Shown here: piece after piece, positions 1 to 8,504 of the stretch
How the letters are laid out: each line of letters opens with the position of its first letter
Numbering within the stretch: position 1 is the first letter of the stretch
Assembly: GCA_041687695.1 (NCBI GenBank)
Contig: JAWLBL010000002.1
Span: 102,761 to 166,760, forward strand
DNA length: 64,000 nucleotides
Direction of reading: 5' to 3'
Origin: Myxococcota bacterium
GTDB lineage: Bacteria > Myxococcota_A > UBA9042 > PHBI01 > JAWLBL01
Notes under the pieces: model-generated
What the model saw: only the letters and a program-made list of their open reading frames with translations
The model's database searches: none
Told to the model about the DNA's origin: nothing
Position numbers and translations under genes: made by a program

Positions 1-3000
1 CCGCCGCCGCCACCGCCGCCGCTCGACTCCGAGGAGATCGGCACCTATCGGCGACAGGCCGACCACATCGAGCACGCCGCCGACGTGGTCTGGAGCGGCC
101 CCGAGCCGAAGGGCGGCCGCCCCAGCGCCCCCCGTCCGCCCGGCGCGCGCCCGCCGACCTCGCGCCCGCCGACCGGTGGCCGCACGGCCGCCCCGCCGCC
201 GCCCGTGCCCCGGCCGCCGGGCCCGCCGACCGGCCGCATCCCGTCGCCCCCCGTCCCGCCGGCCGCGCCCGCCCGCGGGGGCCCGCCCGGCCCGCCGCCC
301 CGCATGCCGCCAGCGCCGTCCCCGGCGACCTCGGATCTGCGCCCCGACGCGCTGTTCAAGACGATGGCCTACGGCTCGACGCAGGACGATCCCTTCGGCG
401 GCGCCGGCGCGCCGTCGGCCCCGAGCGATCCGTTCGGCCCGCCCGCGCCGTCGACCCAGAAGCGCAAGACCAAGGACACCTTCGACTTCGGCACCGGGCT
501 CGACCTCGCGCCCCGGATCGAGCCCCCCGCGGGCCGCGCGGCGTCGGGGCAGGGCGCCGATCCGTTCGCCACGGCGGGCTCCGATCCGTTCGCGGCGCCT
601 CCGCGTGACCCGTTCACCGCGGCGCCGGCCGATCCCTTCGCCGCGGCGCCGGCCGATCCCTTCGCCAGCGCGGGCGACCCGTTCGGCGGGCCGCCGTCGC
701 CGCCTCCGCGCAACGACCCCTTCGCCGGCCCCCCCTCGCCGCCGCCCCGCAACGACCCCTTCGCGACCGCGGCGCCCGCGACCGATCCTTTCGCGGCCCC
801 CCCGTCGCCGCCGCCCCGCAAGGACCCCTTCGCGACGGCGCCGCCCGCGACCGATCCGTTCTCGGCCAACCCCTTCGCCGCGGACCCCGATCCCTACGCC
901 GCGCCGTCCGACCCGTTCGGCGGGCCGCCGCCGCGCGATCCCTTCGCCGCGCCGCCGAGCGCGACCACCTCGCCGGCGTCCGACCCGTTCGGCGCGCCGC
1001 CGCCGCGCGATCCCTTCGCCGCACCGCCGACCGCGACGACCTCGCCGGCCGATCCGTTCGGCGCGCCACCGCCGCGCGATCCCTTCGGGGCCGCGCCGGC
1101 CGATCCCTTCGCCGCCCCGACCGCGAGCGACCCGTTCGGCGGCCCGCCGCCCAGCGATCCGTTCGCGGCGCCGGCCCACGACGACCCCTTCGGGCCGGCG
1201 CCCTCGTCCGATCCCTTCGCGGCGCCTACCGCCAGCGATCACTACCAGCCGCTCCCGGGCGCGCCCTACGTCCCGCCGCGCCAGCCCGCGGCCGATCCGC
1301 GCCAGGCGTCGACCTTCCACGTGCAGGCCGCCGCCGGCAAGGGCGGCCCCGGCGCCGCCATGGACGCGGGCACGCCGGGCGCCGACGAGTCGCTGTTCGA
1401 ACTGGACGTCCCGGACGCCCCGCTCAGCGAGCGAGCGCCCGGCCAGCGCGGCCCTCAGCGCCCGCCGCCCCAGCGGCGCCGCCAGCGCAGCAAGAAGAAG
1501 AACGCCAACGCCGCCCGCACGCTGGTGCTGGCCGTGTTCGGGCTGCTCATCGTCGGCCTGTCGCTGGGCCTGACGGAGTACGGCTTCTTCGGCATCGACG
1601 CGATGATGGGCAAGCCGACCCAGCGGACGGCCATCGGGCCCATGCCGCCGCCGACGACGCGTGCCAAGAAGAAGACCGTCACCGTCCTGCTGGGTGACAG
1701 CGGCGCGGACTACACCCAGCGCCTGGGCGAGCTGATGGCGGCGAACGCCAAGGAGCCGCAGGCCCAGGACGTGGCGACCGATCTGGCGCTGACCCTGGCC
1801 CGCTTCCACGAGCGGCATCCCGGGATGTACCGCGCCGATCCGACCTATGCCGAGACCTTCAAGAAGGTCGCGACGCCCGAGATGCTCGCGGCGCACAAGG
1901 CGCTCGACGCTTGGGATCTGCTGGCCCAGGGCCGCCTGGACGAGGCCGCCAAGCGGCTGGACGGGTTCATCGACGAGCAGCGCTCGCCCGGGCAGGATCT
2001 GTACCTGGCCGGACGCGTGGCGCAGCGCCGTGGCGAGCCCGAGCGCGCCATGCAGTACTACGAGCTGGCGCTCGAGCGCGTCCCGGGCTTCGAGCCGATC
2101 ATGTTCGAGATCGGGCGGCTGCGCGCCGAGGCGGGCCAGAAGGACGAGGCCCGCAAGGCGCTGGAGACGCTGCGCAAGGCCAACCCGCGGCACGTCGGCG
2201 CGGCGCTCGCGCTGGCCGAGCTGGCGCTGTCCGAGCAGGACTACGCCCAGACCGAGGCGCTGGTGAAGGCCGTGCTTCCCGCGGCGGCCGAGGCCAAGGA
2301 CCGCGAGGCCCAGTTCCAGGCCTTCCGCCTGGGCGCCCGCCTGAGCGAGCTGCAGGGCAAGGTCGAGGATCGCATCTACTCGCTCGAGCGGGCCCACGAG
2401 ATCCGGCCGCGCGACGAGGAGACGGCGCTGACGCTGAGCCGGCTGCTGGCCGAGGCCGGCAAGACGCAGGACGCGCTGTCGCGGCTGCAGGCGTGCCACA
2501 AGGCCGGCTGCGAGTCGCCGGCCTTCTACCTGGCGCTGGTCGCGCGCTACGTCGAGGCCGGTCACAAGGAGAACGCCAAGAACCACCTGTCCGAGGCGCT
2601 CGAGAAGCACCCGTCGGACACGGGGCTGCTGATGCAGCAGGCCGCCTTCGACAAGCAGATCGAGCAGTGGAACACGGCCAAGGCCACCTACGCGCTCATC
2701 ATCGGCAACGACCCGGGCTACGGGCGCGCCTACCTCGAGCTGGCGCAGCTGCAGAGCCGCGAGGGGCTCGACGCCGAGGCGCTCGAGACGCTGCGGCAGG
2801 GGCTCGACAAGGCGCGCGACCGCCAGCAGCTGATGGAGCCGGTCGCCGAGCTGCAGGTCGCCATGGGCGCCACCCTGCAGGCGCGCGAGACGATGCGCCA
2901 GCTGCTCGAGCTCGAGCCTGACAACGTCGGCGTGAAGCTGCGCTTCGCCGTGCTGCTCAAGCAGCTCGACCAGTCCGAGGAGAGCCTGAAGTACTTCAAG

Positions 3001-3936
3001 GAGCTGGCCGAGGCCGACAAGCTCGACGCCGTCGCGCGCGGCCAGTACGCCGAGGTCCTGCTCCGCCTGGGCCGCCACGACGAGGCGCTCGCCGAGGTCA
3101 CGCGCGTCCTCGAGAAGGACCCGCTGAACCTGCAGGCCAACATCCTGCGCGGCATGGTCAACACCGCCCGCGAGGACTTCAAGGCGGCCGACGACGACCT
3201 GCGTAAGGCCCTGCGCGTCAACCCCGAGAGCGCCCGCGCCTTCCACCAGCTGGCCCTCAACGAGCTGGCTCAGGGCCGGCTGCAGCCCGCGGCCGAGTAC
3301 CTGGCCAAGGCCACCGATCTGGCGCCCGACGATCTCGGCATCCGCTTCGACCTCGCGCGCGTCCTGACCGCCATCGGCGGCGCCGACAACCGCAAGAAGG
3401 CCATCACCCAGTACACCTCGATCATGCGCGTCTACGCCGGCTACACCAGCCCGCTCGACAAGCGCCAGATGCGCCCCGAGGTCTACTTCAACCGCGGGCA
3501 GCTGCACTACGACAACGGCAAGTTCGCCCAGGCGCTCGAGGACTTCCGCGCCGCCCTGCTGCTGGCCCCCGGCCGCGGCGACCTGATGGTCGAGTTCGCC
3601 AAGACCCTGGCCAACATGGGCCGCCCCGAGGAGGCCAAGGCCTACCTGGCCAAGGTGCTCGAGGACACGCCCACCCACCCCGGCGCCAACTTCCAGATGG
3701 CGGTCATCGCGCTCAAGGAGGGCCGCCGCGGCCCGGCCGAGGAGCACTTCAAGACCGCCCTGGCCAAGGGGGGCAGCGCCCGGTTCGCGGACGCGCACCG
3801 CTACCTGGGTTACCTCTACAAGGAGCGCAACCTCACCGTGCCCATGTGCAGCGAGTTCCGCGAGTACCTGAAGTACGCGCCCAAGGACTCGTACGACCGC
3901 TCGGACGTGGTGCAGCTGCTGCGGCGCTGCCGTTAG
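1..3936 (+). CDS. Membrane-anchored TPR-repeat protein with Pro-rich DPF-repeat N-terminal region (5'-truncated by window edge)
   Basis: Frame is open from base 1 (PPPPPPPLDSEEIG...). About 24 DPF motifs, one hydrophobic segment (LVLAVFGLLIVGLSLGL), then many TPR-like helical repeats to the TAG at 3934-3936. Confidence 0.85.
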   Translation, partial: PPPPPPPLDSEEIGTYRRQADHIEHAADVVWSGPEPKGGRPSAPRPPGARPPTSRPPTGGRTAAPPPPVPRPPGPPTGRIPSPPVPPAAPARGGPPGPPPRMPPAPSPATSDLRPDALFKTMAYGSTQDDPFGGAGAPSAPSDPFGPPAPSTQKRKTKDTFDFGTGLDLAPRIEPPAGRAASGQGADPFATAGSDPFAAPPRDPFTAAPADPFAAAPADPFASAGDPFGGPPSPPPRNDPFAGPPSPPPRNDPFATAAPATDPFAAPPSPPPRKDPFATAPPATDPFSANPFAADPDPYAAPSDPFGGPPPRDPFAAPPSATTSPASDPFGAPPPRDPFAAPPTATTSPADPFGAPPPRDPFGAAPADPFAAPTASDPFGGPPPSDPFAAPAHDDPFGPAPSSDPFAAPTASDHYQPLPGAPYVPPRQPAADPRQASTFHVQAAAGKGGPGAAMDAGTPGADESLFELDVPDAPLSERAPGQRGPQRPPPQRRRQRSKKKNANAARTLVLAVFGLLIVGLSLGLTEYGFFGIDAMMGKPTQRTAIGPMPPPTTRAKKKTVTVLLGDSGADYTQRLGELMAANAKEPQAQDVATDLALTLARFHERHPGMYRADPTYAETFKKVATPEMLAAHKALDAWDLLAQGRLDEAAKRLDGFIDEQRSPGQDLYLAGRVAQRRGEPERAMQYYELALERVPGFEPIMFEIGRLRAEAGQKDEARKALETLRKANPRHVGAALALAELALSEQDYAQTEALVKAVLPAAAEAKDREAQFQAFRLGARLSELQGKVEDRIYSLERAHEIRPRDEETALTLSRLLAEAGKTQDALSRLQACHKAGCESPAFYLALVARYVEAGHKENAKNHLSEALEKHPSDTGLLMQQAAFDKQIEQWNTAKATYALIIGNDPGYGRAYLELAQLQSREGLDAEALETLRQGLDKARDRQQLMEPVAELQVAMGATLQARETMRQLLELEPDNVGVKLRFAVLLKQLDQSEESLKYFKELAEADKLDAVARGQYAEVLLRLGRHDEALAEVTRVLEKDPLNLQANILRGMVNTAREDFKAADDDLRKALRVNPESARAFHQLALNELAQGRLQPAAEYLAKATDLAPDDLGIRFDLARVLTAIGGADNRKKAITQYTSIMRVYAGYTSPLDKRQMRPEVYFNRGQLHYDNGKFAQALEDFRAALLLAPGRGDLMVEFAKTLANMGRPEEAKAYLAKVLEDTPTHPGANFQMAVIALKEGRRGPAEEHFKTALAKGGSARFADAHRYLGYLYKERNLTVPMCSEFREYLKYAPKDSYDRSDVVQLLRRCR

Positions 3937-3985
3937 ACGTCGGCGCCGGGTCGGCCGAGAGGCTGGCTCGCTCGGACCGGCCCCC

Positions 3986-4504
3986 CGTGTTCACGGGCCT
4001 CCTGCAGACGTCAGGAGGCCCCGTGAACGTGTTCACGAGGGCTCCTGCAGACGTCAGGAACGGTCGTGAACGCGTTCACGGGGCTTCTGCAGACGTCAGG
4101 AACGGTGGTGAACGTGTTCACGGGGCTTCTGCAGACGTCAGGAACGGTCGTGAACGCGTTCACGGGGCTTGTGCAGACGTCAGGAGGCCATGACATCGCG
4201 GTGCGACGGCTTCTGCAGACGTCAGGAGGCCATGACACCGCGATGCGACGGCTTCTGCAGACGTCAGGAGGCCATGACATCTCGATGCGACGGCTTCTGC
4301 AGGCGTCAGGAGGCCATGACATCGCGATGCGACGGCTTCTGCAGACCTCCGGAGGCCATGACATCTCGATGCGACGGCTTCTGCAGGCGTCAGGAGGCCA
4401 TGACATCGCGATGCGACGGCTTCTGCAGACGTCAGGAGGCCATGACACCCCGGTGCGACGCGTCCTGGCGCCGTCAGGAGGCCACGACATTGCGGTGCGA
4501 CGGC
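3986..4504. repeat. 42-bp tandem array of alternating palindromic modules between convergent genes
   Basis: Core CTGCAGACGTCAGGA (with variants) at 4002, 4045, 4087, 4129, 4171, 4213, 4255, 4297, 4339, 4381, 4423 and 4465. The linker switches from CGTGAACGYGTTCACG to GCCATGACATCGCGATGCGACG. Confidence 0.95.
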
Positions 4505-4534
4505 GTACGGGTCTGGGCAGGCGAGCGGGGCGCG

Positions 4535-6076
4535 CTACAGCTGGGCCAGGGCGCGGACCAGGCGGTCGATGGCGCCGCGCAGGGCCGGCTGGCGGGCGGG
4601 GGTGGCCTTGTTGATCATGACCGAGAAGGCCAGCAGATCGCCGGTGCGGGTGGGGATGTAGCCCGACAGGCTGATGACGTCGTCCAGGGTGCCGGACTTG
4701 GCCTTGACCTTGCCGCCGGTGAGGGCGCCGGACAGGCGCTGCGACAGCGTGCCGGAGCGGCCGGCGACGGCGAGGGTGTCGATGAAGGTCGGGCCCAGGT
4801 CGGCGCTGCGGGCCATCAGCACCAGCAGGCGGGCCATGGAGCGGGGCGAGACGAAGGTGGCCTGGTACAGGCCCGAGCCGTTGACGACGCGGAAGCCCTT
4901 GGGGTCGAGGCCCAGGTCGACCAGGGCTTTGGTCACGACGTCCTTGGCGCGGTCGAAGGAGGCGGGCTCGCCGGCGGGGCCGCGGCCGAGGTGCTTGAAG
5001 ATCATCTCGGCCATGAAGTTGTTCGACCAGACGTTGACGTCGGTCAGGGCGGCGACCAGGGGCTCGGACTCGACGCGGGCCAGCTCGGGCAGGGCCTGGG
5101 GGCAGCTGTCGCCCTTGCGGATGGGCAGCTCGGTGGCGACGACGCCGGCGCGGGCGAGGTGGCCGCGCAAGAGGTGGGCCGTGAAGACGTCCGGGTGCGC
5201 GACGCGGCGGCGGCGCGAGAAGGTGGCGCGGGGGCCGATGCGGCCGCTGATGGTGAGGCGCGTGCGGCCGTCGGGCAGGGCGCTGGTGGCGACCGAGAGG
5301 CCGGAGATGCCCTTGCCGGCGGTGGTGGCGCGGTTGTCGACGTCGAAGTAGTCGCTGGCCGGGTCGATGGAGACCGAGGGGCGGTCGCCAGCGCGGCGGC
5401 CGCCGGTCACGGTGACGCGGGCGGCGCCGAAGTTGACGGCGACGGCGCCGATGGCGGCGCGGTAGCCCTCGTCGGTCGACTTCTGGTCGTAGGCGGGCGG
5501 CAGGTGCTGGGCGTCGAAGCGGCTGGCGTCGACCACCAGGTCGCCCTTGACCTCCTTGACGCCGGCGGCCACCAGCGCGTCGGCCAGCGCGCGCACGTGC
5601 TCGGGCATCAGCTTGGGATCGCCCTCGCCGACCAGGTACAGGTCGCCCTCGACCACGCCGCCGGGCCCGACCTCGCCGTGCAGCCGCGTCGCGAACCGGG
5701 TCGTCGGCGGCATCAGCCGCAGCGCCGCCGCCGTCGTCAGCAGCTTCGTGCCGCTGGCCGGGTTCATCAGGTCGTCGGCGTGGTGGCCGCCCAGGAACGC
5801 CTCTCCGCGCGGATCGACCTTGGCGACCGCGACCCCGACCTTCACGCCCTCGAGCTGCGCGCTCTTCACCCACGCGTCGACCAGCCGCTGCGCGGCCGGG
5901 ACGTCCTCGGCGCTGGCGCCAGCGACCTGCGGGATGTGCGGCCCGGCCGCGGCGCCATCGGTGCGCGACACGCCGGCCGCGAGCACGAAGGCGAACAGCG
6001 TGACGAGCAGCGGCGAGCGCAGGGTGACGGTGGGCAGGAAGCGGTGAGGGGAGGGGGAGGGGGAGGGGGAGGACAA
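4535..6076 (-). CDS. dacB: D-alanyl-D-alanine carboxypeptidase/endopeptidase (PBP4, peptidase S13); exact start uncertain
   Basis: SxxK (PASGTK), SNN, NGSGL and KSGT motifs; signal-peptide-like N-terminus. Confidence 0.9.
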   Translation of the reverse strand: MSSPSPSPSPHRFLPTVTLRSPLLVTLFAFVLAAGVSRTDGAAAGPHIPQVAGASAEDVPAAQRLVDAWVKSAQLEGVKVGVAVAKVDPRGEAFLGGHHADDLMNPASGTKLLTTAAALRLMPPTTRFATRLHGEVGPGGVVEGDLYLVGEGDPKLMPEHVRALADALVAAGVKEVKGDLVVDASRFDAQHLPPAYDQKSTDEGYRAAIGAVAVNFGAARVTVTGGRRAGDRPSVSIDPASDYFDVDNRATTAGKGISGLSVATSALPDGRTRLTISGRIGPRATFSRRRRVAHPDVFTAHLLRGHLARAGVVATELPIRKGDSCPQALPELARVESEPLVAALTDVNVWSNNFMAEMIFKHLGRGPAGEPASFDRAKDVVTKALVDLGLDPKGFRVVNGSGLYQATFVSPRSMARLLVLMARSADLGPTFIDTLAVAGRSGTLSQRLSGALTGGKVKAKSGTLDDVISLSGYIPTRTGDLLAFSVMINKATPARQPALRGAIDRLVRALAQL

Positions 6077-6263
6077 GGGAGGCTCCGGGCGGCGAGGGGG
6101 ACGCGGGGGCGCGGGGGGCGCGGGGGTGACGCCGTGAGGCGCGCGGTCCGGTCAGGGGAAGGATCGGCTGGGGCGGGGGTGTGGGCAAGGATTGGGACGG
6201 GGGGTGGGGTGGGGGGGGGAGGGGTTGGGGGCGGGGAGGGCGGTTGGAGCGCTGGTTCGTTGC

Positions 6264-6590
6264 GTTCGCGCCGAAGGCGCTGTGGAGCGCGCCGGCCGCG
6301 CCGGCGCTGTGGGTTGGAGGAGGTTTTCGGAGGGGGAGGGGGAGGGGGAGGTGCGGGTAGCCTCCGCTTCGGCCGGCATCAAGGGCTTTCTCCCCCTTGG
6401 CCGGCCGGGCGGCCGGCCAATTCCTCGCGGACGAGAAAGCCCTTGACCCCGGCCTCCGCTGCGGCTGGGGGGCCAATATCGGCCCGGACGCGGGGCGTCC
6501 GGGCCGCTGCGCGTCCCGAGACGCGGACGGGGTCGCGGAGTCCGGGAGTGGGAGGGGATGCTGCAGGTGACGTGATAGTCTGGGGTTATA
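6264..6590. ncRNA. Candidate structured non-coding element (RNA or ssDNA hairpins) upstream of HNH copy 1
   Basis: 14-bp stem TCAAGGGCTTTCTC (6379-6392) / GAGAAAGCCCTTGA (6433-6446) encloses the hairpin TTGGCCGGCC-gggc-GGCCGGCCAA. Conserved in copy 2 with a compensatory change. Transcription is not shown. Confidence 0.45.
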
Positions 6591-6613
6591 TCAGGTGCGC
6601 GGGACGGGCAGGT

Positions 6614-6984
6614 GGGTCGTCGTCCCGGGGCGGAAGCGAGCGGGTCGTCGTCCCGGGGCGGAAGTCCCAGGGCGGGTCGTCGTCCCGGGGCGGAAGTCCC
6701 AGGGCGGGTCGTCGTCCCGGGGCGGAAGCGAGCGGGTCGTCGTCCCGGGGCGGGAGCGGGCGGGTCGTCGTCCCGGGGCGGAAGCGAGCGGGTCGTCGTC
6801 CCGGGGCGGAAGCGAGCGGGTCGTCGTCCCGGGGCGGAAGCGAGCGGGTCGCCGTCCCGGGGCGGAAGCGCGCAGGTCGTCGTCCCAGGGCGGAAGCGGA
6901 CGGGTGGTCGTCCCGGGGCGGAAGCGGGCGGGTCGTCGTCCCGGGGCGGAAGTCCCAGGGCGGGTCGTCGTCCCGGGGCGGAAG
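6614..6984 (+). repeat. Tandem array of 13 units, 23-bp core GGGTCGTCGTCCCGGGGCGGAAG plus 5- or 9-bp linkers
   Basis: Units start at 6614, 6642, 6674, 6706, 6734, 6762, 6790, 6818, 6846, 6874, 6902, 6930 and 6962 (28 or 32-bp period). Confidence 0.95.
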
Positions 6985-7250
6985 GCTGGGTGGGCAGTGG
7001 GAGAGAAATCGACATCGGGAGGGGGCCGAGGAGCAAATAATTGTTGACGGATTTCGGGGGCAGAGTTGGGCCGATCGGGGGTCGCTGTTGGGCGGGGGCT
7101 GGGAGGGCCCTGGGAGGCTCTACAGCGCGCTGATCAGGGGCAAGGGTCGTCGCGCGTCGTCTGGAGGGCCTGAACGGCCGTCCAGGGGCTGCTACGAGGG
7201 GACGGGACCCCCCGTGTTATGCTGCAGGCCTCGATTGGGAGGGCTGCGGG

Positions 7251-8504
7251 ATGAGCAAGGGCTTGGAAACGCTGGCGAAGTGGACCGACGAAGGGCTGCT
7301 GGGGCGGGTCGGTGAGCTGGTCGAACTGGAGCGACGGACGACCGCCAACCTGGTGGTGCTGCTGGCCGAGGTCGAGGCGAGGGAGCTGCATCTGCTGGAC
7401 GGAAGCCCGTCGCTGTTCGAGTGGTGCCGGACGCGGTGGGGCTTTGGGGAGGACAAGGCCTACAACTACGTGAAGGCCGTCGGCTGGGTGCGGCGGTGGC
7501 CGCAGATGGGGGCGATGCTGGCCGATGGACGGCTCAGCCTGAGCGGGATGAGGGTCATCGGGCCGCATCTGGACGAAGGGAACGTCGACGAGCGGCTGGT
7601 GGAGGCGGCGGGAAAGAGCAAGCGTGAGCTGGCCGAGCTCGTGGCGAGGTGGTCGCCGCGGCCGGATGTGCCGGCGCGGGTGTTCAAGCTGCCGCCGTCC
7701 CGGGGCGGAGAGGTCGGGGCGCCCAAGCAGGCGAAGGCCGAGCCGGAGGCGGGGGCGAACGAGCTGTCGCTGGAGCGGCCGAAGGTGGAGCACCGGGTCG
7801 AGCCGCTCTCGGAGGCTCGGTATCGGGTGCAAGTGACCGTGGGGGCCAGGGTCGCCGCCAAGCTGGAAGAGGCGATGGCCATCGCCGGACATCAGGTCGC
7901 GTCGGGGGACTACGAGACGCTGCTGGAGCTGGCGCTGGACGTCTTCCTGGCCGCGAAGAAGAAGCAGCGGTTCGGGGTGGGGGCGCGGCCCAAGGCGAGG
8001 AAGGCCAAGAAGGCCAAGCAGGCGGCCGAGCGGGTCGCCATGGCCGGAGCGTCGGTCGATCGGTCGGCGCAGGCCGACGAGCGGGTCGCGACGGTTGGAG
8101 CGTCGGTCGAGGGAGGGGTGCAGGCGGACGATGGGGTCGCCACGGCCGGAGCGTCGGTCGACTCGTTGTCGGAGGAGCCGTCGGGGGAGCCGGTCGGGCG
8201 GGGACGGGCCGTGCCGATCGGGGTCCGGCGGGAAGTGGTCGCGCGGGATGGGCTGCGGTGCACCTTCGAGGGGCCGGGGGGGCGGTGCACCGAGACGAGG
8301 CGGCTGGAGCTGCATCACGACGAGGCGTTCGCGAAAGGCGGGGCGCACTCGGTCGAGAACGTCCGGGTCGTGTGTCAGGCGCACAACCTGCTCATCGCGC
8401 GGCGGGAGCTGGGGGCGGGGTCCGTGGCGCGGAAGATGGGGACGGCGGCGTCGTCCCGGGGCGGGACCGCGGGCGCTCAGGGGCAGTTGCGGGCGCGGCG
8501 GTAG
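7251..8504 (+). CDS. HNH endonuclease with helical (DUF222-like) N-terminal domain
   Basis: C-terminal RDGLRC...RC...LELHH...GG.HSVENVRVVCQAHN zinc-binding HNH signature. RBS GGAGGG upstream. 17-aa linker repeats. Confidence 0.88.
   Translation: MSKGLETLAKWTDEGLLGRVGELVELERRTTANLVVLLAEVEARELHLLDGSPSLFEWCRTRWGFGEDKAYNYVKAVGWVRRWPQMGAMLADGRLSLSGMRVIGPHLDEGNVDERLVEAAGKSKRELAELVARWSPRPDVPARVFKLPPSRGGEVGAPKQAKAEPEAGANELSLERPKVEHRVEPLSEARYRVQVTVGARVAAKLEEAMAIAGHQVASGDYETLLELALDVFLAAKKKQRFGVGARPKARKAKKAKQAAERVAMAGASVDRSAQADERVATVGASVEGGVQADDGVATAGASVDSLSEEPSGEPVGRGRAVPIGVRREVVARDGLRCTFEGPGGRCTETRRLELHHDEAFAKGGAHSVENVRVVCQAHNLLIARRELGAGSVARKMGTAASSRGGTAGAQGQLRARR

Larger units (their letters stand above)
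6165..8466 (+). mobile_element. Putative HNH-endonuclease repeat element, copy 1 (intact)
   Basis: Non-coding blocks, motif array and HNH ORF are all homologous to 29818-32280 on the minus strand, while the flanking genes are unrelated. Mobility is inferred. Confidence 0.6.

Noticed and set aside
3986..4504. CRISPR array
   Set aside because: The intervening sequences are repeated rather than unique spacers, the period is only 42 bp, and there are no cas genes.
6614..6984. CRISPR or TIGR-type guide array
   Set aside because: Linkers are only 5-9 bp and fall into two recurring types, so they carry almost no guide information.
7251..8504. IscB/Cas9-like RNA-guided nuclease
   Set aside because: No PLMP N-terminus, split RuvC motifs or bridge helix are recognisable; only a C-terminal HNH domain is supported.
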